Below are positions 19,018 through 29,735 of a stretch of 64,000 nucleotides of DNA, in pieces. Each line of letters starts with the position of its first letter. Position 1 is the stretch's first letter. The notes under the pieces are model-generated. The model saw only the letters and a program-made list of their open reading frames with translations. It was not told where the DNA came from and searched no databases. The DNA comes from Minisyncoccota bacterium. Lineage in GTDB: Bacteria > Patescibacteriota > Minisyncoccia > Phycocordibacterales > DATDWN01. The stretch is taken from contig JBAYWK010000002.1 of the NCBI GenBank assembly GCA_041674105.1, positions 79,411 through 143,410 on the forward strand, in the 5' to 3' direction. The translations under genes and the position numbers were made by a program.

Positions 19018-19899
19018 CTACTCGTCTTTTAAATTATATACAGAATCATCATTATTACTAGATTTCAGTTTATAAAACAATTTATTTCCATATCTTAAAT
19101 CTATATAATCCAAATTTGAAAAATCCGTTGTACTAGCAAAAGTAGATGATTTCAATAATGCTTCTAAATTGAATGCAACCGAATCTAAAGTAATTTGTGT
19201 GTTAAATAATATTTTTCCTCCGGCAAGTAAAACAATATCATATTCTCCTTCATTTGTAGCCAGCATATAATAAGGATTTAATCCTAATTTTTCTATATGT
19301 TTTATAAACAGACCTAGGGATAAAAACCACTGTTCATCTTGAATATATTTTTTACCAATAGGGTCCTCTGAATCAATAAGGCCATAATATTTAAAATATG
19401 CATCACCGGAAAATCTTGGGGCTTTTGAATAGATTATTCCGGACTTATCCATAAAATAACAATCTTCTGGTTGAACCCCCTCTTCAGAAGTTTCTATTCT
19501 TGTACACCACAGAGCGTAAGGCAATCTTTCTTGTATGTTTACAAGTAAAGAATTCCCGTCGCCAAGTCTAATAGAGACCTGATCTATTCTGGAAAAATTC
19601 TCTTCTAAATAAGTATGAAGGTCCTTTTTTTTATATATGAAAATATTATTTTTAGGAAAAACCCAAAGATAATAACCATCCAAAAAATCCAAAGACTTCT
19701 TTGAAACATCAAATGGCTCTATCAAGGTTGTTCCAGTTACAACCACATCATGAATCCGAAACTTATCTAGACGAGAAATATAGACAACTAAACCAGCTAA
19801 AATAAAAGAAGTAAATAGTATAAGATATAAAATCCTCAAGTATCTTGATCTTCTCCTTTTAAGATACTCCCCTTGGCGAACCGGGCTTCTAAATGACAT
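19018..19899 (-). CDS. FtsQ/DivIB-like cell division protein
   Basis: N-terminal TM, POTRA-like region, IQERLP, YIDLRYGNKLFYK. Confidence 0.75.
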   Translation of the reverse strand: MSFRSPVRQGEYLKRRRSRYLRILYLILFTSFILAGLVVYISRLDKFRIHDVVVTGTTLIEPFDVSKKSLDFLDGYYLWVFPKNNIFIYKKKDLHTYLEENFSRIDQVSIRLGDGNSLLVNIQERLPYALWCTRIETSEEGVQPEDCYFMDKSGIIYSKAPRFSGDAYFKYYGLIDSEDPIGKKYIQDEQWFLSLGLFIKHIEKLGLNPYYMLATNEGEYDIVLLAGGKILFNTQITLDSVAFNLEALLKSSTFASTTDFSNLDYIDLRYGNKLFYKLKSSNNDDSVYNLKDE

Positions 19900-19902
19900 A
19901 GT

Positions 19903-21174
19903 TTATGATTTATTTATGGAAGACTGACCTCCCATATAAGGACGCAAAACTTCGGGTATAATGATACTACCATCAGCTTGCTGATAATTTTCTATTATAG
20001 CTATCATTGGCCTACCAGATAATGCGGTATTGTTTAAAGAATGGACAAATTTCATTTTTCCATCATCATCTCTATATCTAATATTTAGACGACGAGTTTG
20101 AAAATCATGAAAATATGAAGCGGAATGAGTTTCTCTGTACTTATTTTCACTAGGTATAAAAGCCTCTATATCATATTTCTTGACTTGTCCTAAACCTAAA
20201 TCCCCTCCACAATTTACCACAACATGATAAGGCAGACCGAGTGACTGCATTATTTCTTCAGCATTTTTTGTAATTTCTTCATGTAATTCGACAGAAATAG
20301 AGTGACTAGCTTCACACAAAACGACTTGTTCAAATTTGTAAAACTCATGGACTCTCATAAGACCTTTTGTATCTTTACCATGACTACCGGCTTCCCTACG
20401 AAAAGCTGGAGAAAATGACAACATTTTTATTGGTAAATCTTTTTTATCTAAAACTTCATCCATATAAAAACCCATAGTAGCCACTTCGGCTGTACCGGAA
20501 AGATAATCACCATCTTGAGTCTTGTATAAATCTTCTTCACTTTGAGGCAAATAACCGGTACCCATAAAAGGTTCTCTCCTAACTAGAGAAGGCACAATCA
20601 TTGGAACGAAACCTCCCTTCTTCTGGAAAAAATCATTGGCGTATTGCCACAAAGCAAACTGAAGTCTTGCCCCGTCACCCAAAAGAAAATATCCACGAAA
20701 ACCAGAAACTTTTGTTCCTCTTTCCAGATCCAACATCTTCAAGTCCGTCATAAGTTCAATGTGATTTTTTGGTTCAAAATCAAATTTCGGAATCTCTCCC
20801 CAAACTCTTATTTCTTTATTTTGAGAATCATCATCACCTTCTGGTACGGACATATCCGGCACATTTGGGACACTGACCATCATCTTTTGCCAATCAAGCA
20901 TTACAGATTTTAATTCTTCTTCATCTTTTTGAAGTTCGTTTTTTACTAATTTCATTTCAGAGATAAGACTAGACTTCATATTTGGATCCTCTGTTTTGAC
21001 AATCTTATCACTCATAGCATTTTGCTCGGCCCTCCTTTCTTCTATACGACTCATAAGTTCTTTTCTTTTGTCATCTACAGAAATCAGAGCATCTACATCA
21101 AAATCCATATGTTTTTTCTTGGCCCCTAAAGCGACAATGTCTTTATTTTCCTTTATAAATTTTATATCCAACAT
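19903..21174 (-). CDS. serS: serine--tRNA ligase
   Basis: MLDIKFI, GTAEV, FRREAGSHGKDTKGLMRVHEF, HSLNNT. Confidence 0.97.
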   Translation of the reverse strand: MLDIKFIKENKDIVALGAKKKHMDFDVDALISVDDKRKELMSRIEERRAEQNAMSDKIVKTEDPNMKSSLISEMKLVKNELQKDEEELKSVMLDWQKMMVSVPNVPDMSVPEGDDDSQNKEIRVWGEIPKFDFEPKNHIELMTDLKMLDLERGTKVSGFRGYFLLGDGARLQFALWQYANDFFQKKGGFVPMIVPSLVRREPFMGTGYLPQSEEDLYKTQDGDYLSGTAEVATMGFYMDEVLDKKDLPIKMLSFSPAFRREAGSHGKDTKGLMRVHEFYKFEQVVLCEASHSISVELHEEITKNAEEIMQSLGLPYHVVVNCGGDLGLGQVKKYDIEAFIPSENKYRETHSASYFHDFQTRRLNIRYRDDDGKMKFVHSLNNTALSGRPMIAIIENYQQADGSIIIPEVLRPYMGGQSSINKS

Positions 21175-21289
21175 ATTATGTATAGTCTAACATAAAGACA
21201 CAATAAAAAGAAAAAGTCTTCTGCCCAATACTTACAATAAATATCTGCCCATTTTTGATATAATAATTACTAATCCCTATATAAAAAAT

Positions 21290-22144
21290 ATGGAAATTAG
21301 AGATTTAAATAAAAAAGACTTTCCAAAACTCTTAAAAGAAATTCCTGATCCTCCAAAAAAGATGAGAATCGTTGGAGACTTTCCAAAGACAGAAAAATAT
21401 CTCTGTATTGTTGGTTCAAGAAAATACAGCGAGTATGGAAAATCTGTTTGTGAAAAACTCATAGAAGGTTTGAGGGGATATCCTATCACCATAGTTTCTG
21501 GCTTGGCTATAGGAGTAGACTCTATAGCTCACACATCTGCTATAAAAAATAATATAAAAACAATCGCTGTACCAGGATCTGGTCTTTCAGAAAATGTTTT
21601 GTACCCTTCTACAAATAAATATTTAGCTCACAAGATTGTAGACGAAGGGGGCGCACTTATTTCAGAATTTGAAGATGATTTTATTGCAACCCCTTGGAGC
21701 TTCCCACAGAGAAACAGAATAATGGCTGGAATGTCTCACGCCACCTTAATAATAGAAGCAGAATTAAAATCTGGAACGCTTATAACTTCAAAATATGCCA
21801 TAGATTACAACAGAGATGTTTTCACTATCCCCCATTCTATCTTTTCTAAAACTTCTGAGGGACCGCATATGTTACTTAGACTCGGAGCCACACCAATAAC
21901 AAGATCCTCTGATATAATAACTGCACTAGGATTGCGTGAACTAGAAAAAATTTATAGTGAAAAAGATTATTCAAAATGTTCAACTGATGAAAAAGAACTA
22001 ATAGATGTAATAAGAGAGCCAATGACTCGCGATGAAATAATAAGAGCTCTTGGAAAACCTGTTTATATAACTCAGACTATACTAGCAACAATGGAAATAA
22101 AAGGTCTAATAAAAGAAGAAATGGGACAGATACGTTTAGTCTAA
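21290..22144 (+). CDS. dprA: DNA-processing protein DprA
   Basis: IVGSR, VSGLAIGVD..AH, FPQRNRIMAG, EAELKSGTLIT. Confidence 0.95.
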   Translation: MEIRDLNKKDFPKLLKEIPDPPKKMRIVGDFPKTEKYLCIVGSRKYSEYGKSVCEKLIEGLRGYPITIVSGLAIGVDSIAHTSAIKNNIKTIAVPGSGLSENVLYPSTNKYLAHKIVDEGGALISEFEDDFIATPWSFPQRNRIMAGMSHATLIIEAELKSGTLITSKYAIDYNRDVFTIPHSIFSKTSEGPHMLLRLGATPITRSSDIITALGLRELEKIYSEKDYSKCSTDEKELIDVIREPMTRDEIIRALGKPVYITQTILATMEIKGLIKEEMGQIRLV

Positions 22145-22181
22145 ATTTGCCAAAAGATTTTTTTATGGTAATAATCAAGAA

Positions 22182-24374
22182 ATGAAACTTTTAATCGTCG
22201 AGTCGCCTTCAAAAGCAAAAACAATTTCAAAGTACTTAGATAATGCCTACAAAGTAGTTGCTTCTGTCGGGCATGTTCGTGATTTACCAAAGTCAAACAA
22301 GAAAGCTATCGACATAGAAGGAGGATTTATTCCTCACTATGAAATATCAAAAGGTAAAGAAAAAATTGTAGATGAGATAAGAAGTTTAGCTAAAAAATCA
22401 AGTGAAGTACTTTTGGCCACTGACCCCGACCGAGAAGGGGAAGCTATTGCTTGGCATATAGCCGAAGCGGCGGGCTTAAAAAAACCAAAGAGAGTTGTAT
22501 TCCACGAGATCACAAAAGAGGCTGTCGTAGAAGCAATAAAGCATCCGAGGAACATAGATATGAATCTAAAAGAAGCTCAGGAAGCTCGTCGTATATTGGA
22601 CAGACTTGTAGGGTATGACCTATCTGGACTTATTTGGAAGAAAGTTCGTTATGGCCTTTCTGCCGGTAGAGTTCAATCTCCTGCCCTCAGAATCATTATG
22701 GAAAGAGAAAGAGAAATAAGAAGTTTTATTTCTCACGCGTATTGGGTTGTGTCAGCTGATTTAGAAAATAAAAATAAAGACAATTTTACAGTTATTTGTG
22801 AAGAAGAACCGGCAGATAAAGAAACTGTAGATAAAATAATCAAAGCAGGTAAAGAAGGTGTCTGGAAAATTAAAGAGGTAAAAGAGACCTCTGTTAAAAA
22901 ATCTCCACGAGCTCCTTTTATAACTTCTACTCTACAACAAACAGCCAGCTCTAGACTAGGTTTTTCACCTTCCAGGACTATGGGAATAGCTCAAAAACTA
23001 TATGAAGCCGGACTCATAACATATATGAGAACAGATTCCACAAACCTATCGGTTACTGCCATAGAACAAGTAACAAAAACTATAGAAAAGAAATTTGGAA
23101 AAGAGATGATCCAAGTTAGAAAATATGCTACAAAAAGTAAAAATGCTCAAGAAGCTCACGAAGCTATTAGACCAACAAATATGTCTTTAGAAAATTCTGG
23201 TAGTAATGAAGAACAAAAAAAGTTGTACTCCCTTATTTGGCATAGGACAATCTCCTCTCAGATGGTAGATGCAAATACTTTGCGCACAAAAATAATAACT
23301 GAAATAGAGAACAAAAATGTTCCAAATTTTTCTATAACAGGATCTAGGGTAGTTTATCCAGGATGGCTTTTAGGAGACCCTGCTTCTAGAGGTGAAGATG
23401 TGGAATTACCAAAAGTAAAAGAAGGAGAAAATGTAAATCTAAAATCTATAAACTCAGAAGAAAAACAAACTGAACCTCCAACTAGATATTCAGAAGCTGG
23501 ACTGATTAAAGAATTAGAGAAAAGAGGTATAGGACGACCTTCTACTTATGCTTCAATCATAAAAACAATTGAAGATAGAGGTTATGTAGAAAAAATAAAC
23601 AAATCACTTATTCCAACAGATACAGGAGATGTGGTTTCTACATTTTTAGAAAGTTATTTTGGTGAATATATAAGTGACAACTTTACGGCTGAAATGGAAG
23701 ATAAGCTAGACAACATAGCGGACGGAAAAGAAAAACTTGTAAAAATGTTGACCAAGTTTTATAAACCATTTTTGAAAGATATAAAGAGTAAAGAAAAAAT
23801 AGATAAAATAACAAACTTAGGATTAGCACCTTCAGAATTTAAATGTCCTATTTGTGGAAGCTCTATGATTGTAAAACTTGGAAGAGGTGGAAAATTTTTA
23901 TCTTGTGCAACTTATCCAGAATGTGATGGAGCACTAACTATGGATGGTAAAGAAATTAAAAAAGCTGAACCTCTAGGAAACCATCCCGATACAGGAGAAC
24001 CTATTTTTGTGATGATTGGTAAATACGGTCCTTATGTTCAACTTGGCGAAATGAAAAAAGAAAAAGCCAAAAGAGGACAGAAGAAAATAAAACCAAAAAT
24101 GTCTAGTATTCCGAAAAATAAAGATTTAGATAGTGTAACACTAAAAGATGCTTTAGTTTATCTTTCACTACCTAGAGCTTTGGGTGCTCATCCTGACACA
24201 GGAGAAATTATTACTGCAAATGTCGGACGATTTGGACCTTATATCGTTCACCAAAAAGATTTCAGATCTCTAAAAGAAGATGATGTTTACACAATAGAAC
24301 TTCCACGCGCTCTTGAAATATTTGCTCAAGAGAAAAAGAAAAGAGGTTTTACTAAAAAGGAAAAACCTGAGTAA
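22182..24374 (+). CDS. topA: DNA topoisomerase I
   Basis: IVESPSKAK, ATDPDREGE, SAGRVQS, ITYMRTDS, GIGRPSTY, Zn ribbon and C-terminal repeats. Confidence 0.97.
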   Translation: MKLLIVESPSKAKTISKYLDNAYKVVASVGHVRDLPKSNKKAIDIEGGFIPHYEISKGKEKIVDEIRSLAKKSSEVLLATDPDREGEAIAWHIAEAAGLKKPKRVVFHEITKEAVVEAIKHPRNIDMNLKEAQEARRILDRLVGYDLSGLIWKKVRYGLSAGRVQSPALRIIMEREREIRSFISHAYWVVSADLENKNKDNFTVICEEEPADKETVDKIIKAGKEGVWKIKEVKETSVKKSPRAPFITSTLQQTASSRLGFSPSRTMGIAQKLYEAGLITYMRTDSTNLSVTAIEQVTKTIEKKFGKEMIQVRKYATKSKNAQEAHEAIRPTNMSLENSGSNEEQKKLYSLIWHRTISSQMVDANTLRTKIITEIENKNVPNFSITGSRVVYPGWLLGDPASRGEDVELPKVKEGENVNLKSINSEEKQTEPPTRYSEAGLIKELEKRGIGRPSTYASIIKTIEDRGYVEKINKSLIPTDTGDVVSTFLESYFGEYISDNFTAEMEDKLDNIADGKEKLVKMLTKFYKPFLKDIKSKEKIDKITNLGLAPSEFKCPICGSSMIVKLGRGGKFLSCATYPECDGALTMDGKEIKKAEPLGNHPDTGEPIFVMIGKYGPYVQLGEMKKEKAKRGQKKIKPKMSSIPKNKDLDSVTLKDALVYLSLPRALGAHPDTGEIITANVGRFGPYIVHQKDFRSLKEDDVYTIELPRALEIFAQEKKKRGFTKKEKPE

Positions 24375-24377
24375 AAT

Positions 24378-24403
24378 AAAAAGTCTCTGACGGAGACTTT
24401 TTT
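24378..24403 (+). terminator. intrinsic terminator after topA
   Basis: aaaaagtctc-tgacg-gagacttttt. Confidence 0.7.
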
Positions 24404-24514
24404 CAACTGATTTCAACTGAAAACTTGTCACCTTATATTATACCATATATCATACGATATAGTCAAATGAATAAAATATGTTGTATTGTGAGCTTTTTTG
24501 ACTACAATTAATAT

Positions 24515-26032
24515 ATGAATGATATAAAGTCTATATTTAAGGAATTGGATAATCTCTCAGAAAAAGATAAAGAGCTTATACAAAAAGCCTATGATTTTGC
24601 CGAGGAAGCCCACAAGAACCAAAAAAGAAACAGCAACGAACCGTACTTCAATCACCTCTTTGCTACCGCTCTAAACATAGCCCAACTAAAAATGTCTGCT
24701 ACAACAATATCAGCTGGTTTTTTACATGACGCCATAGAAGACACAGAGAAAACTGGCGAGGATCTAGAAAAAGAGTTTGGAGGTGAAATAAGATTTTTAG
24801 TCGAAGGAGTAACCAAACTTGGAAAAATAAAATACCAAGGAACATCCAGACACAATGAGAGTCTTAGAAAACTTTTTGTAGCTATGTCACAAGATATAAG
24901 AGTCTTGATAATCAAACTATGTGACAGACTTCACAACATACAAACATTAAACTTTGTACCCGAAGCAAAAAGACTTCGTATCGCTACTGAAACATTAGAA
25001 ATATATGCCCCAATCGCCTATAGACTGGGTATAAGAAAAGTTCATCGTGAGCTTGAAGACATAGCTTTTTCTTATGTCTATCCAAAAGAATATGCTGAGG
25101 TTTCCAAATTAGTAAAGCAAAAACAAGGTATAGAAATAGAAGCTCTAGAAAAATTCAGTAAGTCTTTGAAAAAAGAATTGGCAAAAGGAGGTATGACAGA
25201 TTTTAAAATGGACCACAGAATAAAAGGTTTATACAGTCTGTACAAAAAACTAGAAAGGTACGATATGGATATAGAAAAGGTTCATGACCTAGCCGCTATG
25301 AGAGTTTTGGTACCTTCTGTGACGGACTGCTACAGCGTTCTAGGTCTAATACATAGCAACTGGATGCCACTACCTGGAAAAATAAAAGACTACATTGCCT
25401 TTCCAAAACCAAATGGATACAAATCCTTGCACACAACAATATTTACAGGTGATGGAAGTATCGTAGAAATCCAAATAAAGACAAACGAAATGTACCAAGA
25501 AGCTGAATATGGTATTGCTTCTCATATTTCATATAAACAAGGTTTAAATAAGAAAATCACAAACCCAAATTTATTATGGCTTAGAAAAATACTACCGGCC
25601 CAAAAAAAGTGGGCAGGTGAAAAGGATGCGAAAGTAGATGATAAAGTATCATCTGATATTCCTCATTGGGTCAAAGACTTAGTAAAATACCAAGGTGAGG
25701 CTGGTGAAGAGGATTTTATTGACGATATAAAAACAGATTTCTTTGAAGAAAGAATTTTTGTTTTCACTCCCATAGGAGATGTTATTGATTTACCAAAAAA
25801 ATCATCCGTTGTAGATTTTGCATATAGCATTCATTCAGATATAGGAAACCACATCTCTGGAGCAAAAGTAAATGGAAAATTTGTAGCGATAAATACAATA
25901 CTAAACAATGGAGACAGAGTCCAAATAGAAACAAAAAAGACATCTAAGCCTAGCCGAAAATGGCTAGAGTATTGTAAAACTACAATGGCTAAAAGACATA
26001 TACGGATGTTTCTAGAAGAAAATATAAAATAA
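24515..26032 (+). CDS. rel: RelA/SpoT (p)ppGpp synthetase/hydrolase (HD + synthetase + TGS)
   Basis: HDAIED, DRLHN, KDYIAFPKPNGYKSLHT, EIQIKT, TGS domain; no ACT domain. Confidence 0.93.
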   Translation: MNDIKSIFKELDNLSEKDKELIQKAYDFAEEAHKNQKRNSNEPYFNHLFATALNIAQLKMSATTISAGFLHDAIEDTEKTGEDLEKEFGGEIRFLVEGVTKLGKIKYQGTSRHNESLRKLFVAMSQDIRVLIIKLCDRLHNIQTLNFVPEAKRLRIATETLEIYAPIAYRLGIRKVHRELEDIAFSYVYPKEYAEVSKLVKQKQGIEIEALEKFSKSLKKELAKGGMTDFKMDHRIKGLYSLYKKLERYDMDIEKVHDLAAMRVLVPSVTDCYSVLGLIHSNWMPLPGKIKDYIAFPKPNGYKSLHTTIFTGDGSIVEIQIKTNEMYQEAEYGIASHISYKQGLNKKITNPNLLWLRKILPAQKKWAGEKDAKVDDKVSSDIPHWVKDLVKYQGEAGEEDFIDDIKTDFFEERIFVFTPIGDVIDLPKKSSVVDFAYSIHSDIGNHISGAKVNGKFVAINTILNNGDRVQIETKKTSKPSRKWLEYCKTTMAKRHIRMFLEENIK

Positions 26033-27088
26033 CTAAATACTAAAGTTTTTTATAGAATATAAATCTTCATCTGGATTAGAATCTTCTGCTTCTTTTTTCT
26101 GCTCTGGAGTTCGGTCGTCTAAGTCTAGAAAATCTTCTTCCCCATTCATTATTTTATCTAGATCAGGATTATGAACATATTCTGGAATATTGTAATTCTT
26201 TGGAGGTTCTGGATTTTCTTGTATGTGTTTATCTAACATCTCCGTAGGAGATTTAGTTTTATTTGCTTTTATCAATTCCAAAATATTTTTTAGATCTTCA
26301 TTAGAGAAAAAGTCTATGGTCAATTTTCCTCCATTTTCTTTCTTTTCAATAGAAACTCTCGTGCCTAGTGTTTCAGTCAGTCTCTCTTCTATTTCTTGAG
26401 TTTCAGGATCTAAAAGATATTCTTTCTTTCGAATTTTTTCATAAGCTATTTTACGAGCAATAGCTTCTGCTTCTCTAACGGTCAACCTCTTAAAAAGTAT
26501 TTCTTTAAAAAGAGTTGACTGCTCCTCGGGTCTATCATTTAGAGTCATCAAAGGTCTAGCATGACCCTCTGATATTTTGCCTTGAGATAAAGCGTCCAAT
26601 ATGTCAGACGGTAAAGAAAGAAGCCTTAATGTGTTTGAAACATATTCCCTACTCTTTCCTACTTTATCCCCTATTACACCGTGTTTAAAACCAAACTCTT
26701 CTACCAGTCTCTGAAAAGCCTTGGCTCTATCTACAGGATTTAGATCCTCTCTTTGTATATTTTCAATAATAGCCAACTCTAGTTTCATCAAATCATTTCC
26801 CTCGTCACCGACTTTTATCAAAACAGGCACCTGGGAAAGTCCAGCTAGTTTTGAAGCTCTCAGACGTCTCTCACCAGCTATTAGCTCATATTCTACAGCC
26901 AATCCGCCATCTTCTTTAGTAAATTCTTTTCTAGTCACAACCAAGGCCTGTAGAACACCGTATTGGCGTATAGAATCAGCCAAAGACTTCAGTTGAGCTT
27001 CGTCAAACTCCCTTCTAGGCTGAAAAGGGTTAGGTTTTATTTTTTCGACATCAATCCAAAATATAGAATCATTGTAAAACTGTGACAT
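26033..27088 (-). CDS. parB: ParB/Spo0J partition protein
   Basis: PNPFQPRREF, LIAGERRLRA, ENIQREDLN, HTH. Confidence 0.93.
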   Translation of the reverse strand: MSQFYNDSIFWIDVEKIKPNPFQPRREFDEAQLKSLADSIRQYGVLQALVVTRKEFTKEDGGLAVEYELIAGERRLRASKLAGLSQVPVLIKVGDEGNDLMKLELAIIENIQREDLNPVDRAKAFQRLVEEFGFKHGVIGDKVGKSREYVSNTLRLLSLPSDILDALSQGKISEGHARPLMTLNDRPEEQSTLFKEILFKRLTVREAEAIARKIAYEKIRKKEYLLDPETQEIEERLTETLGTRVSIEKKENGGKLTIDFFSNEDLKNILELIKANKTKSPTEMLDKHIQENPEPPKNYNIPEYVHNPDLDKIMNGEEDFLDLDDRTPEQKKEAEDSNPDEDLYSIKNFSI

Positions 27089-27170
27089 AAAAATTAAATT
27101 ACTTTATTAAGAATAATTTTATCATAAAATTGATTTTTTTGAAAAATCAATATAGACTTAAAAAGTTCCT

Positions 27171-27252
27171 GCCGGGATGGCGGAATTGGTAGACGCGCAC
27201 GACTCAAAATCGTGTGTCGAAAGACATGGGAGTTCGATTCTCCCTCCCGGCA
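27171..27252 (+). tRNA. tRNA-Leu(CAA)
   Basis: CACGA-CT CAA AA-TCGTG, long variable arm, GTTCGATTC. Confidence 0.95.
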
Positions 27253-27434
27253 CATTAAAACGAAGTTTTTATACGCTGGATAGGAGCAAGAGTGCCTGTG
27301 CACTCTTGCGAGAGAATCGAACTGACCGGAGCCATGTTTTGCTAGCAAGCAAAACGGGCGAGGTGAGGCCAACAGAAATTTCTGAGCGACGGTGAGGAAA
27401 TTATCTGGGTTTCGATTCTCCCTCCCGGCACATT
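27253..27434 (+). repeat. tRNA-trailer element after tRNA-Leu(CAA)
   Basis: antisense ...A[gcaagagtgc-ctgt-gcactcttgc]gagagaatcgaact; core with gagcgacggtgag; duplicate ttcgattctccctcccggcacatt 27411-27434. Confidence 0.85.
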
Positions 27435-27439
27435 GATCT

Positions 27440-28330
27440 ATGAACAAAATACTGGTAATCCTAGGGCCAACAGCTACAGGTAAATCTGATTTAGCTGTAA
27501 AAGTGGCTAAAAAATACAATGGAGAAATAATCTCTGCTGATTCTAGACAAGTCTACAAAGGACTTGATATTGGTAGTGGTAAAATAACAAAAAGAGAAAT
27601 GTCGGGTGTAAGACACCATATGCTAGATGTCATCTCACCTAAAAAAACCTATTCTGTTGTAGATTGGCAAAAAGAAACAAAAAAAGTAATCAAAGATATT
27701 TTAGAAAGAAAAAAACTACCTATAATATGTGGAGGAACAGGATTCTATGTTCAATCTATTGTCCAAAACTTTACATTGCCAGAAGTTAAAGTAGATAAAA
27801 AACTAAGAAAAGAATTGGTGAATGAAAATTTAGATAAATTACTAAAAATATTAAAAAAAATGGATCTCGAGAGATTTAAAAAAATAGATCAAAAAAATAA
27901 GGTCCGTGTTATAAGAGCTATAGAAATAGCGAAAGCTTTAGGAAAAGTACCCGAAATAAAAAAAGATAAAAACCCTTACGATATTTTCCAAATAGGACTT
28001 ATTCTCTCAAAAGAAGATTTGGAACAAAAAATAAAAGAAAGACTCCAAAAAAGAATTGAAAAGGGAATGATAAAAGAAGGAGAAAAACTTCACAAAGAAG
28101 GTTTGGCTTGGAAAAGAATGCGAGAGCTTGGTCTAGAATATAAATACTTGGCAAATTTTCTGATGGGGAAAATAGACAAAAATAAAATGATAAGCGACCT
28201 CGTAAAAGAAATAATCCAATATTCCAAACGACAAATGACTTGGTTTAAAAGAGATAAGAATATAAAATGGTTTAAACCTACGGACTTTAAAACTATAAAT
28301 AAAGAGATAAAGTCGTTTCTAAATAATTAA
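27440..28330 (+). CDS. miaA: tRNA dimethylallyltransferase
   Basis: GPTATGKS, ISADSRQVYKGLDIGSGK, GGTGFY, YSKRQMTWF. Confidence 0.97.
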   Translation: MNKILVILGPTATGKSDLAVKVAKKYNGEIISADSRQVYKGLDIGSGKITKREMSGVRHHMLDVISPKKTYSVVDWQKETKKVIKDILERKKLPIICGGTGFYVQSIVQNFTLPEVKVDKKLRKELVNENLDKLLKILKKMDLERFKKIDQKNKVRVIRAIEIAKALGKVPEIKKDKNPYDIFQIGLILSKEDLEQKIKERLQKRIEKGMIKEGEKLHKEGLAWKRMRELGLEYKYLANFLMGKIDKNKMISDLVKEIIQYSKRQMTWFKRDKNIKWFKPTDFKTINKEIKSFLNN

Positions 28331-28355
28331 ATATTGTGATATAGTTTTCTTGCTT

Positions 28356-28427
28356 GGGCCTATAGTTTCAATGGTAAAACGTCGGTCTCCAAAACCGTTG
28401 TTCCCCGTTCGAGTCGGGGTGGGCCCG
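28356..28427 (+). tRNA. tRNA-Trp(CCA)
   Basis: GGGCCTA/TGGGCCC acceptor, CGGT-CT CCA AA-ACCG. Confidence 0.93.
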
Positions 28428-28568
28428 CATAAAGAGAATCTTTGTGGCCCGATGAGAACAGTTTGTCGGTCTACGAGCCTAGCAAGGCTTGTCGACAAAC
28501 TGGTGACCAGAAAAATCACTTGCGACGGCAAGTGATTTTTCGAGGGAGAGATTCGGGGTGGGCCCGCA
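28428..28568 (+). repeat. tRNA-trailer element after tRNA-Trp
   Basis: core nearly identical to that after tRNA-Lys; duplicate tcggggtgggcccgca 28553-28568. Confidence 0.85.
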
Positions 28569-28619
28569 ATAAAGCGAAGCTTTTTGCTCAAAAATAAAAC
28601 CGCCTTTAGCGGTTTTATT

Positions 28620-28775
28620 CTATTTCTTAGCCTCCTTGAATACAACTCTCTTTTTCAGTTTTTTACTAAACTTTTTGAGTTCTATTTTTCTTTCTACTTT
28701 CTTTTTATTCTTAGAAGTCCAGTAAACCTCTCCTGTTTGCTTGTTTCTAAGTGGTATTAATCTATCTTGTGACAT
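28620..28775 (-). CDS. rpmG: 50S ribosomal protein L33 (Zn-independent form)
   Basis: MSQDRLIPLRNKQTGEVYWTSKNKKKVERKIELKKFSKKLKKRVVFKEAKK (51 aa, not in ORF track). Confidence 0.88.
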   Translation of the reverse strand: MSQDRLIPLRNKQTGEVYWTSKNKKKVERKIELKKFSKKLKKRVVFKEAKK

Positions 28776-28836
28776 ATTTTTATATACTTAAGTACAAACG
28801 ATCATAACACAAAAAGAGCTAAAAAAGCAAGCTTTT

Positions 28837-29673
28837 TTAGCTCTCTGTAAAGATACGGAACTCTTCCATCAACTTTTTAGTAATTTCACCTATTTTGCCA
28901 GTCCCAATTTGTTTATCTCCTACAAAAACAATTGGCACAATATCCTTAAAACTTGAGGTTAGAAAACATTCGTCAGCTTCATAAAGTTCGACCAAAGTGA
29001 CTTCCCTATTTTCAATTTTTAAACCAATCCTGTGTGCTAAATCTATAGCAACTTTCCTTGTAATACCTTTTAGTATATTTTCTTCTGGTGTAGCCAAAAC
29101 ACCATCTTTCACAATAAAAATATTGCTAGTAGAAAACTCTAGTACAAAACCATTTTTAAAATAAAGAGTTTCTAAAAAATTATTCTGTTTTATTTTATTA
29201 TAGATTTTACTATAGGCTCTTACAGCTGTTATATAATTGGTTGTTTTATATTCTGGGTACTGTCTCAGATTTTCTAAAATATCGACTCTGGCTCCCTCTG
29301 TATAATTTCTTTCTTCTATAGGCTTCCATTCTTCAACTAATATATAAAATGTCGGTTTTTGCCTGTCGTATAAAATCCCTTCCATAGCTTCTCCTCCGGT
29401 TAAGATAAACTTTATATTGGCTCTTTTAAAACCATTTTTATTTATGAGTTCGTAACACACTTTTTGGATCTCTGCATCGCTTATAGGAATCTCTATGTCT
29501 AAAAAATCGGCAGTTCTTCTAAATCTTTCCAGATGCTCTTGCCACATAAAAATATTTGAGCCAAAAGAAGTCATGGCCTCATAGACACCAAAACCTCGCA
29601 TCATTCCTATATCAAAAATGCTGACTTTGGCGTCGCTGACCTTTAAGATTCGTCCATTCAAATAGCAATACAT
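28837..29673 (-). CDS. class IV PLP aminotransferase (IlvE/D-amino acid transaminase family)
   Basis: RGFGVYE, YKTTNY, E..TSNIF, ILKGITR, ADECFLTSS. Confidence 0.92.
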   Translation of the reverse strand: MYCYLNGRILKVSDAKVSIFDIGMMRGFGVYEAMTSFGSNIFMWQEHLERFRRTADFLDIEIPISDAEIQKVCYELINKNGFKRANIKFILTGGEAMEGILYDRQKPTFYILVEEWKPIEERNYTEGARVDILENLRQYPEYKTTNYITAVRAYSKIYNKIKQNNFLETLYFKNGFVLEFSTSNIFIVKDGVLATPEENILKGITRKVAIDLAHRIGLKIENREVTLVELYEADECFLTSSFKDIVPIVFVGDKQIGTGKIGEITKKLMEEFRIFTES

Positions 29674-29735
29674 CTTTACATATTATCACCAGTTCAAATA
29701 AAAGAAAAAGGATCCCAGGCATAAGCCCAGAATCC

